Positions 21,713 to 34,726 of a stretch of DNA of 64,000 nucleotides are shown here, piece by piece (within the stretch, counting starts at the first letter, position 1; each line of letters opens with the position of its first letter). Under the pieces are notes generated by a model, which worked only from the letters and a program-made list of their open reading frames with translations, was not told the DNA's origin and ran no database searches. Source of the DNA: Alphaproteobacteria bacterium. Lineage in GTDB: Bacteria > Pseudomonadota > Alphaproteobacteria > Bin95. Position numbers and translations under genes: made by a program. The stretch covers positions 4,640,001-4,704,000 of the forward strand of contig CBDBGH010000003.1 in assembly GCA_965205265.1 (NCBI GenBank), in the 5' to 3' direction.

Positions 21713-22066
21713 TCATTCGGCCTCAGCCGGGCGCCGTGCCGACAGCGCTCGCACACGGCGCCAGTCCAGCCCGGAGAACAGCGCCTCGAACTGCGCATGG
21801 CTCAGCGACATCACCCCGTCGCGGATCGCCGGCCAGACAAAGCCCTGGTCCTCCAGACGCTTGTAGACCATCACCAGGCCGGTCCCGTCCCAGTAGATCA
21901 GCTTCAGCCTGTCAGCTCGTTTCGTACGGAACGCGAAGACCGTTCCCGTGAACGGGTCCTTGCGCAATACGCTCTTCACATGCGCAACAAGGCCGTCGTG
22001 CTGCTTCCTGAAGTCCACGGGCTTCGTCGCAACCACGATCCGGACCCGGTTCGATGGGAAGATCAT
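21713..22066 (-). CDS. IS66 accessory protein TnpB (Orf2)
   Basis: PVDFRKQHDGL, DRLKLIYWDGTG, KRLE. Confidence 0.92.
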   Translation of the reverse strand: MIFPSNRVRIVVATKPVDFRKQHDGLVAHVKSVLRKDPFTGTVFAFRTKRADRLKLIYWDGTGLVMVYKRLEDQGFVWPAIRDGVMSLSHAQFEALFSGLDWRRVRALSARRPAEAE

Positions 22067-22461
22067 ACCGATGCGTTCAACGCCGACACGATCTCGGCGA
22101 TCCGGCAAGCCGGTGTCGCGGCGTCCAGACGGAGCGTCACCCGGTCCTGGATCACTTCCAGGCGGTCGCTGCCCGCAGCGGGAACCCGGCGCTCATCCTG
22201 ACGCAAGACCACCGGAGCAAAACCCATCTCGCCCTCCGCAGGCAACACCAGAAGGCCCTTCCGTGCCTGGCGGCGCCATTCCGACAGCTGGTTCGAGTTG
22301 ATCTCGTAGCGACGCGCTACCCCGGCGACCGTCGCGCCTTCCTCCAGTGTCTCGGCAACAATCCGCGCTTTCACCGAAGCCGGCCAGCGACGGCGAAAGC
22401 CGCCACGCGCCGGCAACACTTCAACCCTGGCGTTGGTGAGAAGCTCTGCTGAGGGCTCCAA
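22063..22461 (-). CDS. IS66 accessory HTH protein TnpA
   Basis: RRRWPASVKARIVAET...VARRYEINSNQLSEWR. Confidence 0.88.
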   Translation of the reverse strand: MEPSAELLTNARVEVLPARGGFRRRWPASVKARIVAETLEEGATVAGVARRYEINSNQLSEWRRQARKGLLVLPAEGEMGFAPVVLRQDERRVPAAGSDRLEVIQDRVTLRLDAATPACRIAEIVSALNASV

Positions 22462-22847
22462 TGAGAAATTCCCTTCGTCTCATTCCGAACCCTAACTCCC
22501 ACATCACCAGGCCTGTATGAAGGTGGGGCGCTCGCACCGCATACAATGTAGCCGGCCAATGTCATCCAAAGTAGCCACCCAGTGTCACCAAAGTAGCCAC
22601 TCCGGAGCGCAGCGACGCGATCACGTTGCTGTCGGCAGGATTCCCTCCGCAGTTTCTCCGTCGTCGATACCACCGCCGAAGGCTTGTCGGCAAGGCGATG
22701 GGGCATGGTGCGCGCGCGACGCGTGACCCCTCACGAGTCGGAGCGGCGCGCGCGCACCATGCTGTGGCACGCCGTCTCGTCTCGCACGGACGCCCCGGAG
22801 CGGAGCGACGCAGACGCCGCGCTCCGCGCGACGCTCCCTCACCGCTC

Positions 22848-23612
22848 TCATGCCTTCGTTCCGGCGCCGGCGTCGTCGGTGCGCATGGACGTGCCGTGCA
22901 GCTCGAAGCGGATAGCGCCGTGAACGAGACGGTCGAGGATAGCGTCCGCCAGCGTCGGATCATTGAGTTGCCGGTGCCAGTCGGCCACCGGCAGTTGCGA
23001 GGTTACGATTACCGAGCGGCGGCCGAAGCGGTCGTCGAGTATTTCGAGGAGATCGCGGCCGCGGGCGGCGTCGATCGGTGCCAGGCCCCAGTCGTCGAGG
23101 ATCAGGACCTCGATCCGGGCGAGGTCGCGGTAGAGCTTCGGCACGGTGCCTTCGCCGTGCGCGATCCGCAGCTCGGTGAGCAGGCGGGGGACGCGCTGGT
23201 ACTGGGCCTGGTGGCCTTCGAGGCAGGCCTTGTGGGCGAGCGCGCAGGAGACCCAGCTCTTGCCCGTGCCGCACGGGCCGGTGATGAGGATGTTGGCGCC
23301 GTTGCGGACCCAGGCGCAGTCTCCGAGGCCGAGAACGACGCTGCGGTCGAGGCCGCGGGGCCGGCTGAGGTTGATGTCCTCGAAGCAGGCGTCCGAGTGG
23401 CGGAGCTGGGCCTTCTTGAGGCGCCGTTGCAGGGCGCGCGAGCGCCGCTCGGCGATCTCGCGGTCGATCAGCAGCCCGAGGCGCTCCTCGAACGGCATGT
23501 CGTCGAGATCGTGGCGCGCCATCTGTTCGAGGAAGGCGGCGTGCATGCCGGGCAGGCGCAATGAAGCGATGCGCTGGGCCAGCGGGTAGGATATGCCATT
23601 GTTGTCGGTCAT
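22848..23612 (-). CDS. istB: IS21-A helper ATPase IstB
   Basis: LRLPGM, GPCGTGKS, LILDDWG, TSQLP, DAILDRLVH. Confidence 0.93.
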   Translation of the reverse strand: MTDNNGISYPLAQRIASLRLPGMHAAFLEQMARHDLDDMPFEERLGLLIDREIAERRSRALQRRLKKAQLRHSDACFEDINLSRPRGLDRSVVLGLGDCAWVRNGANILITGPCGTGKSWVSCALAHKACLEGHQAQYQRVPRLLTELRIAHGEGTVPKLYRDLARIEVLILDDWGLAPIDAARGRDLLEILDDRFGRRSVIVTSQLPVADWHRQLNDPTLADAILDRLVHGAIRFELHGTSMRTDDAGAGTKA

Positions 23613-24736
23613 CTATAGTACTCCGGTCCTCTGATGTTCGAGTGGTCGATGGGTGCGGTCTCGGGCCCCTGCGCGTCGGCGAGATCGGCGCCGGTGCGCA
23701 GGATGTTGTCGAGCCCGCGCCAGGTTGCCGATCCGAGCTCCAGGGCGTATCGGCAGGCGCCGTCGAAGCGGTCCGGCTCGTGGCCGTTGGCCAGCCGGAG
23801 GACGCCGTAGCAGGAGCGGAAGCCGAACTCGGGATTGGGGTTGCGATCCATGATCGCAATCACCAGGGCGAGGGCATGGGGGCCGATATTGCGCGCGTCC
23901 CGTTCCAGCCGGGCGCGGGTGTCCTCGACGCCGGCGCGCTGGTGCTTCGGAGGCTGATGTTCCTTGAGGGTGGTCGCGCGGCCCCTCCTGCTGCTCCGCA
24001 GATGGCTGGCGATCTGCTTCCCGCGGTGGAACACGTCGATCACCTGGCCGCGCAGGCGGACATCGACCTCCTTGCCGACATACTGGTAGGGCACCGAGTA
24101 GAACCGGTAGTCGATCGCGATGTGGTAATCGGGGTGGACCGTGTTCTTGCGCCAGACCGTTCGCTGCCAGCGCCGGTCCGGCAGCGGGTTCATGTTCGGG
24201 AGATCGATGGCCTCGAAGCGCTCGTCGCGGCTCTCTCCGGTGCCGTCGGCGTAGGGTCTGGCGTTGATCTTCCGGACCTGGGCGGCGATCGCCCGGTTGA
24301 GCGACGCCAGGTCGTGGAAGACATGCTTGCGCAGCGGCGCGAGGATCCAGCGTTCGGCATGAAGCACGCCGTTCTCGACGAGGCCCTTGTCGCGGGGCTT
24401 CCTCACGCGCGCCGGGAAGCCCTGGGCGCCGTAATGCTCAAGCAGATCGGCGTAGGTCTCGTTCAGGACCGGCGCTATAGCGCGACAATCTGGGTGAGAG
24501 CCGCGCGTCAATCAGGATGAGATTCCCCGGCGGCATCGGCGAGTTGATGATTGTCGCGCGGGGCGCGGATTGCAAGCGGTTTCGGATTTTGATTGTCGCG
24601 GCGCGACAAACAAGGTTTTCGGAGAGCGTTTTGATTGTCGCGGGGGGGCCGTCGGGTCGGAGAAGAGACGGCCCGCGGAGGCGATTCCCGCGGGCCGTGA
24701 GTGTTGTGGCCGCTGGGCCGATCTGGCGGCAGCGGT

Positions 24737-27084
<2,348 letters not shown>

Positions 27085-29688
27085 CTACTCGGAAAAACGT
27101 CACCGTTCGCCCAGCCGACCGACCCCGCCAGAAGGTCCAGGAAAAATTTTTTGAGGCGGCGGCCCGGAACTCCGGTCGGGCTACGCCCTCCCTCCGTTCC
27201 GGGCCGCCGCCTTCCCCCGTCTCATCCTGATTGTCGCCAGCGTCTCAAGCTGATTGTCGCGCCGCACGGCTCGTAGCGCGACGGCTTTATCACCGCCGGC
27301 TTGATGTTGTCGGGCACCACGACCGGTGGCGCCCAGCCCATGTCCTCGAAGCAGCGCACGTGCGAGGCGCACCAGTCGTCGATCTTCTGGCTCAGCGTCG
27401 CCTCGGCGTAGAGCCGGCCCGAGACACCCATCGAGGCGATGAACACCTGCGCCTCGTGCTCCACGCGGTCGATCAGGACCGGCACCGTCATGCCGGCGTA
27501 ATCGACGAACAGCCGCTCGCCGGGACGGCGGTTCTGGCGCATCGTCACGCCCCGCCGCGGCCGCCAGTCGCGGAACCGGCGGCACCAGGTGACGTAGCTC
27601 ATGCCGTCGGGATGCGTCTCGCGCCATTCCTCCCACAGCAGCTTCAGCGTCATGCCGCGCCCGGACAGGTCCTTCTCGACCTTCGCCCAGTCCACATCCT
27701 CTGCCGGCACGTCCTGCCGAGCGGGCGGATAGAGCGCCGCCTCCAGGGCCTCCTCGCCCAGCTCGCGGGCCTCCGGCCAGCTCAGGTCCGAGGCGTCGAA
27801 CCGCTCCACCAGGAGCGCCACCGAGCGCCGCGCGATGCCGCAGTGCGCCGCGATAGCCCGCGCGCTGCGTCCCTCGTCGAAATGATACGCAAGTACCTTC
27901 TTCACCTTCCTCATCGGCAGCCTTCCCCGTGCCATCCCATACCTCTCGGATCGATCGCGAAAATCCGAGGCGTAGGACGGCTCCCTGAGTCGTTCCAAAA
28001 ATCGCCGCCCCCGAGGGGTGGCTACTTTGGTGACACCGGGTGGCTACTTTGAGTGATATTGGATGGCTACTTTGCGTGAAACTCGGTGGCTACTTTGCTG
28101 ATACTCCGCACCCCTCGTCCCGGTGCGCGACGGAAGCACTCTACAGGCGCTCGCGCACAGCGTTGGCGACCGCCTCGGCCGTGATGCCGAAGTGGCCGTA
28201 GAGCGCTTTGTGAGGCGCGGACGCGCCGAAGCCCGTCATGCCGATCACGCCGCCGTTGTCACCTACCATGGCGGACCAGCCGAAGGTCGAGGCTGCCTCG
28301 ACGGCGACGACGGCCGTGGTGCGGTCGATCACCGATGCGTGGTAGGCGTCGCCCTGGGCCGAGAAGAGCTCCCACGACGGCATCGACACGACCCGGGTTC
28401 CAACCCCCTCCGCCTGGAGGATGTCGCGGGCGGCGATCGCGACCTCGACCTCCGAGCCGCTGGCCAGCACGGTCGCCCGGCAGTCGCCGCAGGCCTCGCG
28501 CAGGACGTAGGCGCCCCGCGCGCAGAGGTTGTCGTCGGCCGCCTCGGTCCGCGCTTGGGACACGGCCTGGCGGGTCAGCGCGATCACCGACGGAGTCCGT
28601 CGTGCGGCCAGCGCCAGCTCCCAGCACTCGGCGGTTTCCACCGCGTCCGCCGGGCGGAACACGTTCAGGTTGGGAATCGCCCGCAGGCTCGCGAGATGCT
28701 CGACCGGCTGGTGCGTCGGGCCGTCTTCGCCCAGCCCGATCGAATCGTGGGTCATGACGAAGATGACGCGCAGCCCCATGAGCGCGGCCAGGCGGATGGA
28801 CGGGCGACAGTAGTCGGTGAAGACCAGGAAGGTGCCACCGTAGGGAATCACGCCGCCGTGGAGCGCCATGCCGTTCATGATCGCGGCCATGGCGTGCTCG
28901 CGCACGCCGTAACGGACGTAGGAGCCGCCGTAGTCGTCCGCAGCGATGTCCTTCATGGGCTTCGTGCGCGTATTGTTCGAGCCGGTCAGATCCGCCGAGC
29001 CGCCGACCATGGCGGGCAGGGCCGCGGTCAGCACGTCGAGCGTCAGTTCGCTCGCCTTGCGCGTGGCGACCGCTCGCGGCTCGTCGATCAGCGAGGCGAT
29101 ATGGCGGGCGACGGCCTCGCGCACTGGCCCCGACACGTCTCCGGTGATCCTGCCCAGAAACGCCTCGCGCAGGTCGTCATCGCACGCTGCCAGCCTCTCC
29201 TCCCACGTCCTCCTGGCTGCGGCGCCGCGCGCGCCGGCCGCGCGCCAGGCCGCAACGATGTCGTCGGGCAGGACAAACGGCGCGTGCGTCCAGTCCAGTT
29301 CGATGCGTGCGGCGGCGACCTCATCGGTCCCCAGGGCCGCGCCGTGGGCGGCAGCGGTGCCCTGCTTGTTGGGCGCACCGAAGCCGATGGTCGTCCGACA
29401 GGCGATGAAACTGGGCCGGTCACTTCCTTGGGCGCGTTCGAGCGCCGCCGCGACGGCCGCGCTGTTGTGTCCGTCGACTCGTTCGATGGCCCAGCCGTAG
29501 GCTTCGAACCGCTTGAGCGTGTCGTCGGATTCGGCAAGCGACGTGAGGCCGTCGATCGAGACGCTGTTGTCGTCGAAGAGCACGATCAGGCGGTTGTTAG
29601 CGACGGTTAGGAAGGGCGTTTATTTGCTGGCGCGGAACGGCCGGTTTGTGCGGCTTGCGAGCAGCGTCGCATGGGTTAGGTGTTGCGT

Positions 29689-30582
29689 TCATCTGATTGG
29701 GCGGTCATCGGTTTCGAGCGGCTCGCCGTCGCGGTCACGGATGAGCATGTCGTTCCAGTCCTGGTTTTCGAGGGCCGGTCGCATTCGGACGATTCTTGTG
29801 TCGTTGTCTTGCATGCGGCGGGCGGCGTGATCGCCGTATCGTGTAGCGTCCCAGGCACAGAAGATACGGCGCGGGTTCCAGGCCTCGACCCATTTGGGGA
29901 TTCTGGCCGTGATGGCGCCGGTGGAGACGACGGCGCATTTGCTGCGTTTTTCCGGGACGAGGTGGAGGGAGAGGATCGACAGGGCGTCGAGGGCGCTGCC
30001 GGTGAGGATGACGGTGCCGGGCCAGTCGGGCTCCCATGACATCCAGAAGCCGCCGTCTGCGGCCGGCTCCTGCGCTGCGGGGAGGGTCTCTATGCCGACC
30101 ACCTTGCTGGCGGCGTTTCGGCGGAGGAACACGGGATTGCCGCGCCGGTCGGCACGGATCAGGCCGAGGCCTCGGCATAGCTCGACGAGCGCGTCGGCGA
30201 GGCCGCGCTGCTCGATGAGGTATTGCCGCAGCGCCGGCCAGCGAGGGTCCTGGCACGAGGGCTCCGCCTCACAGCGACTGTTCGGGAGCCGTGAGTGGCG
30301 CGGCAGTTGGGCGAGGAAGTCGAGGGCTTCGGTCGTTGGGCATCCGAGCGCATGAACCGCCAGCTGGATGGCCCCGGCGCCTCCCTCTCCGCGCAGATGG
30401 TCGTAGAACATGAAGCGGTTGATGGAGAGGACCGAACCGGCTCGTCTCCAGCGCGCGGCATCGGCGGGATCGCGGCGATAGCCGAGGGCGTGGACCACGT
30501 CTTCGAGGGGGCAGCTTCGCAGCCCCTCGGCCCGCAGGCGGCGATCCCATGGATGCAGATGCTGCACGGCTGGCTCAGGCAT
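29689..30582 (-). CDS. DUF3991/Toprim-domain (primase-like) protein, passenger in IS21-C
   Basis: [54 protein letters not shown]; 8-bp overlap with the istB stop. Confidence 0.75.
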   Translation of the reverse strand: MPEPAVQHLHPWDRRLRAEGLRSCPLEDVVHALGYRRDPADAARWRRAGSVLSINRFMFYDHLRGEGGAGAIQLAVHALGCPTTEALDFLAQLPRHSRLPNSRCEAEPSCQDPRWPALRQYLIEQRGLADALVELCRGLGLIRADRRGNPVFLRRNAASKVVGIETLPAAQEPAADGGFWMSWEPDWPGTVILTGSALDALSILSLHLVPEKRSKCAVVSTGAITARIPKWVEAWNPRRIFCAWDATRYGDHAARRMQDNDTRIVRMRPALENQDWNDMLIRDRDGEPLETDDRPIR

Positions 30583-31360
30583 CCCCCGTGTCTTGCGCCG
30601 TGCTCTTGCCCGCTCCTTTTGCCGATCGCCGCCGGCGGCGATCGGCGCTGCGCTGCTTCTGGCGTTCCTCGGCCTCCTTGCGGCGGTATGAGTCGCCGTC
30701 GATGGCGAGGATCTCGGCATTGTGGACGAGCCGGTCGACAAGGGCCACGAGGCAGGCGGCGTTGGGGAAGGCCTCGCTCCACTCGGCGAAGGGGCGGTTT
30801 GTGGTGATGATGGTGGAGCGCTGCTGGCTGCGGCTTGAGACGATATTGAACAGCAGGTCGGCATGACGGTTGGAGTAGGAGAGATATCCGACTTCGTCGA
30901 TGACCAGGAGGTGCTGGCGGGCGTAGAAGCGCAGCCTGCGCTGGAGCATTGTGTCGGAGTCGATGGCGGCGAGCTCGCCGAGCAGGCTGGCGGCGGTTGC
31001 GAAGCGCACGGTGTGGCCTTCGAGGACGGCGCGGTGTGCGATATTGGCGGCGATTGTGGACTTGCCGACGCCGTTGGGGCCGATGAGGACGACATTGGCG
31101 CCCTCGCGGAGGAAGTTGAGGGTCATGAGGTCCTCGACGGCCATGCGGTCGCATCGCCTTGGCCAGTCCCAGTCGAAGTCGGCGAGCGGCTTGAACTGTC
31201 CGAGGCGGGCGGCGGTGAGGCGTCGCCTGAGGCTTCGGCTTCGCCTCTCTTCCTCTTCCCATGCGATCAGGGGCGGGAGCCAGTCGCGCTCCGCAACCTC
31301 GCTCCAGTGGGCGAGGAGGCCGTGCAGTCCGAGCGCCGTGGCGCGGTCCTTGAGGGTCAT
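30575..31360 (-). CDS. istB: IS21-C IstB ATPase
   Basis: [23 protein letters not shown]. Confidence 0.93.
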   Translation of the reverse strand: MTLKDRATALGLHGLLAHWSEVAERDWLPPLIAWEEEERRSRSLRRRLTAARLGQFKPLADFDWDWPRRCDRMAVEDLMTLNFLREGANVVLIGPNGVGKSTIAANIAHRAVLEGHTVRFATAASLLGELAAIDSDTMLQRRLRFYARQHLLVIDEVGYLSYSNRHADLLFNIVSSRSQQRSTIITTNRPFAEWSEAFPNAACLVALVDRLVHNAEILAIDGDSYRRKEAEERQKQRSADRRRRRSAKGAGKSTAQDTGDA

Positions 31361-32862
31361 TCTTCGCTGTCCTCCTCGTGGTGGCTTGCGAGCCCGTCGT
31401 ATCCGCCGAGGTCGTGATCGCGGACCGCGATATCGCGCAGTCTTGGATCGCCGGGCAGGTCGATGGGGATGGGTGGTGGCTCGTTGCGCTGTTCGCGCCG
31501 CCGGTTCAGGCTGAAGCGCACCGCATTGGGATGGGGGACGCCGCGCTCAAGGGCTTCATCGATGGCGGCTTCGAGTTCGACGGCTCCGTAGTCGTCGAGC
31601 AGGCGCAGCAGGGAGGCGACGGTTGTGCCGATATTGCCGCCGCGCCTGGCGGTCTCGGCAAGCAGGCGCTCGCTGTCGGGGGCGGCCTGGAGAAGGCGGC
31701 TCTGCCCGCGCAGGCGGTGGGCGTGACGTTTGAGCCTGACCAGCTCCTCGATGTGCTCGGGGGTCTCGATGCGGGCCGCCTTGTCGAAGCTGCGCGGATG
31801 ACGGGCGACGGTGTCGGCGCCGTCGAGGATGCGTACCTCCTCCAGTGTCGCGACCACGGTGAGGGTGCGCCGCGTATGGGTATGCGGGACGCTATAGTCA
31901 TTGAGGTCGAACCTGGCGTAGGGGGTCTTGCCGATCCTGACCTCGACCCTCTCGTCGACGGGGGGCCGGTCGTCGGGCAGCGCCATCAGGGAGCCGCGCT
32001 CGCGCTCGAAGGCCTCGCGCACGGTGAGGGAGCGGTCGTCCGGCCAGCGACGGTCGGCGGCGACGCCGTCGCACCAGGCGCGGGCCCGGGCGTTCAGGTC
32101 GTCGAGGTCGCGCCAGGCGCGGGCGGCGAAGAAGTTGTCGCGCACATAGCGTATGGCGCGCTCCACGCGCCCCTTCTCGTTGCCGCGCGCGACCGCGACC
32201 GGCTTGGGCAGGAAGCGGTAGCGGGCGGCGAAGTCGAGGAGCCGGGGGTTGAACCGGATGGCGTCGCCCTGGCGCTCCAGCACGACGCTCTTCAGGTTGT
32301 CGTACCATAGCTCGCGGGGCACGCCCTGCCAGGCCTCGAAGGCCTCGACATGGCCGCGCAGGAAGTTGTCCATCGCGGCATTGAGGTAGAAGTGCAGGAA
32401 GATGCGGCGCGAGTAGCTCAGCACCATCACGAAGCCCATCAGCGGGCGCTCCGCGCGCCCGATCCTCACCTTGCCGAAGTGGGCCCAGTCCACCTGGGCC
32501 AGCTCGCCGGGCAGGGTCTTGAGGCGCAGATAGGCCTCGGCCACAGGCCGCGGGCGCTCCGGCGCGATCATGCGCCGGAAGTGGCTCTGGCTGCCCCGGT
32601 AGCCGCGCTCGACCGCCATCTGGTAGAGCCGGCTGGCTGGCAGCCTGGGCCAGACCGCCAGGGTCTGGCGGATGAAGGGCCGGAACGGATCGATCATCGA
32701 AGCCCTGCGCCGCCTCTCACGCGCGGGCGCCCCGGCGGCCGCTACCGCGCGCTCGACCGTGCCGTGGTGGACGCCGAGCTGGCGCGCGATCGTGCCGATC
32801 CTCCACTTCTCGGCAAAATACAGCCGCTGGATCTCGGCACGGGTCTGCTTGTCGATCGCCAT
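31357..32862 (-). CDS. istA: IS21-C transposase IstA
   Basis: AQVDWAHFG, YDNLKS, EKGRVERAIRY, NDYSVP. Confidence 0.94.
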   Translation of the reverse strand: MAIDKQTRAEIQRLYFAEKWRIGTIARQLGVHHGTVERAVAAAGAPARERRRRASMIDPFRPFIRQTLAVWPRLPASRLYQMAVERGYRGSQSHFRRMIAPERPRPVAEAYLRLKTLPGELAQVDWAHFGKVRIGRAERPLMGFVMVLSYSRRIFLHFYLNAAMDNFLRGHVEAFEAWQGVPRELWYDNLKSVVLERQGDAIRFNPRLLDFAARYRFLPKPVAVARGNEKGRVERAIRYVRDNFFAARAWRDLDDLNARARAWCDGVAADRRWPDDRSLTVREAFERERGSLMALPDDRPPVDERVEVRIGKTPYARFDLNDYSVPHTHTRRTLTVVATLEEVRILDGADTVARHPRSFDKAARIETPEHIEELVRLKRHAHRLRGQSRLLQAAPDSERLLAETARRGGNIGTTVASLLRLLDDYGAVELEAAIDEALERGVPHPNAVRFSLNRRREQRNEPPPIPIDLPGDPRLRDIAVRDHDLGGYDGLASHHEEDSEE

Positions 32863-32863
32863 C

Positions 32864-33298
32864 TCACTCCCTTCGCGCCTGGCGCAGGCCCGGATAGACC
32901 GCCAGGCCGCAGAACCGACCGCAGCGCTCGCAGCGGAACACCCGGGCGGGACGGTCGGGCCCGAAGGGCCGGGTTCCGGACCGCCCCGCCGGTATGCGCG
33001 CCACATCAGGACGCCGGCGCGCGACGGTCAAAGGGTGATGCGTCACTTTCTGCGCGATGGCCCGAACTGCCGGCTGCCGCACACGGCGCCGTTCGCGGTA
33101 GCGCCGCTGGCGCTCGGCATGCTTGTGACGGCCCCGGCGGCTGTTCTGGTAGCGCTGCCCCGCAAGGCGCACCGACCGACGCCGCGCCCGCCCGCTGCAA
33201 CGCGGCGAACAGTAGATATGGCCAGAGTCGCAGCGCCGGCAGAGAACCACCTGGCGGCGGCACAGGGCGCAGGTGAACAGGCGGGCGGCGTTCCTCAT
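32864..33298 (-). CDS. Cys-rich basic (Zn-finger) hypothetical protein upstream of istA
   Basis: CALC, CRRC, YCSPRC, CERC; Arg-rich; stop lies 1 nt before the istA ATG. Confidence 0.75.
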   Translation of the reverse strand: MRNAARLFTCALCRRQVVLCRRCDSGHIYCSPRCSGRARRRSVRLAGQRYQNSRRGRHKHAERQRRYRERRRVRQPAVRAIAQKVTHHPLTVARRRPDVARIPAGRSGTRPFGPDRPARVFRCERCGRFCGLAVYPGLRQARRE

Positions 33299-34726
33299 CG
33301 CGACCGATGAGAACGGGGTGGACCCACGCCCGGACGCGCACGATACTGCGCTTCCGGGCCGCGCCTTGCATGGCTCGGGGGGTGCGGCGCCGGTCGTTGC
33401 CACCAAGCCAACGGGGCCGGCGCCGCATCGTTCTCAGAAGCCCCAGTCTACCCCCTGCCGCAGCCCGGGAACGGCCAACCCGGTCGCCAGGACGTCGCCG
33501 CCCTCCGGGAGGCGAAAATCTCAACGCGACGGGGGCCGAGGACTCCGGTCGGGCTACGCCCTCCTTCCGTCCTCGGCCCCCGTCATAAACCCGGCCGCGC
33601 CTGTCTCACGCTGTTTGTCGTGCGCACCACAAAAGCGCGCTACGCCAGCAAATATGCGCCCTTTATGATAATCACCGACAGGCGGTTGAGCCACAGATGT
33701 CCGGCGAGCGAAGCGGCCTCGTGACTGATGCCCTCCATGAGGCAGCCGTCGCTGGCGACGACATAGGTCCGATGGTCGACAAGATTGCCGAAACGCGCAT
33801 TCAGGATGCGCTCGGCAAGCGCCATGCCGACGGCGTTCGCGAGTCCCTGGCCGAGCGGGCCGGTCGTGGTCTCGATACCGGTGGCATGACCGTGCTCCGG
33901 GTGGCCCGCTGCGCGGCTGCCGAGCTGACGGAAGCTCCTGATCTCGTCCATCGTCATGTCAGCATGGCCGGTGAGATGGAGGAGCGCGTAGAGCAGCATG
34001 GAGCCGTGACCAGCCGAGAGCACGAAGCGGTCGCGGTCGGGCCAGTCCGGCGCAGTCGGATCGAACTTCAGACAGCGGGTGAACAGCACCGTCGCCACGT
34101 CGGCCATGCCCATGGGCATGCCGGGGTGGCCGGACCCGGCGGCCTCCACGGCGTCCATCGCCAGGGCGCGAATGGCGTTCGCCATTGCGCGTTCCGAAAC
34201 CTGGCTCGTCGCCCTGTCGCTCACGTCTCGACTCTCCGGCATGGAGGGCCCGGACGGGCCCGATTCGATCCGCGGCACCTTGGCTTTGGTCTCCGGGAGC
34301 GTCAACCGGCGCGTGATCCTCAGCCGCGGCCTTCTGCTCTTCGGCCGGCCTCGACCGCCCGTCATGGGCGTGGCTTGGGTTTGTGAGCGGGAGGAGGAAT
34401 GGAGGGCAAGCAGGCTTCTCGGAGCTTGTTGTGAACAAACAGGTTCTGGCATCCTCTGCATATCGCTGATCTGAATTCGGGCGAGCATCATTAGATGCGG
34501 TGTGTGTCCAGGCTCCCGCCCTCCGTGCGGTCGAACAGGGCATGCACCGCCGCGATGCCCATTTGCCGCAACCCCGGCAACGGCAAGGAGTTCCAGCCGT
34601 CGGGCGCTTGAGCGAGACGACCGCCAACGATTCCTGGACCGCCAACGATTCGTGAGCGCGTCCGCGTCGCCTTCCCTTCGGCAAAATTGCGCATGGCGAG
34701 CGGTCAGGCGCGGGTTCTGGACAGCG

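Larger units (their letters stand above)
19985..22544 (-). mobile_element. IS66-family insertion sequence
   Basis: TIRs GTAAGCGATGCGGGCGGGTCACC and GTATGCGGTGCGAGCGCCCCACC (17/23); tnpA-tnpB-tnpC order; no 8-bp TSD seen. Confidence 0.93.
29595..33680 (-). mobile_element. IS21-family element C with two passenger genes (Zn-finger ORF, istA, istB, DUF3991/Toprim ORF)
   Basis: Ends TGTCGGTGATTATCATAAAGGGCGCATATTTGCTGGCG and TGTTAGCGACGGTTAGGAAGGGCGTTTATTTGCTGGCG; perfect 6-bp TSD GGCGGT at 29589-29594 and 33681-33686. Confidence 0.93.
28141..34242 (-). pseudogene. tkt: Transketolase interrupted by IS21-C (5' part 33681-34242, 3' part 28141-29594)
   Basis: [33 protein letters not shown]...LNR | LIVLFDDN...GVREHAM, THDSIGLGEDGPTHQ. 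Start position uncertain. Confidence 0.93.

Noticed and set aside
21713-22066. Second RNA-guided TnpB
   Set aside because: IS66 'TnpB' is an unrelated small accessory protein with no RuvC domain.
28018-28100. Regularly spaced GTGGCTACTTT repeats resembling a mini-CRISPR
   Set aside because: About 22-23-bp period with no unique spacers, mirrored at 22545-22600; these are IS21 transposase-binding repeats. No cas genes seen.
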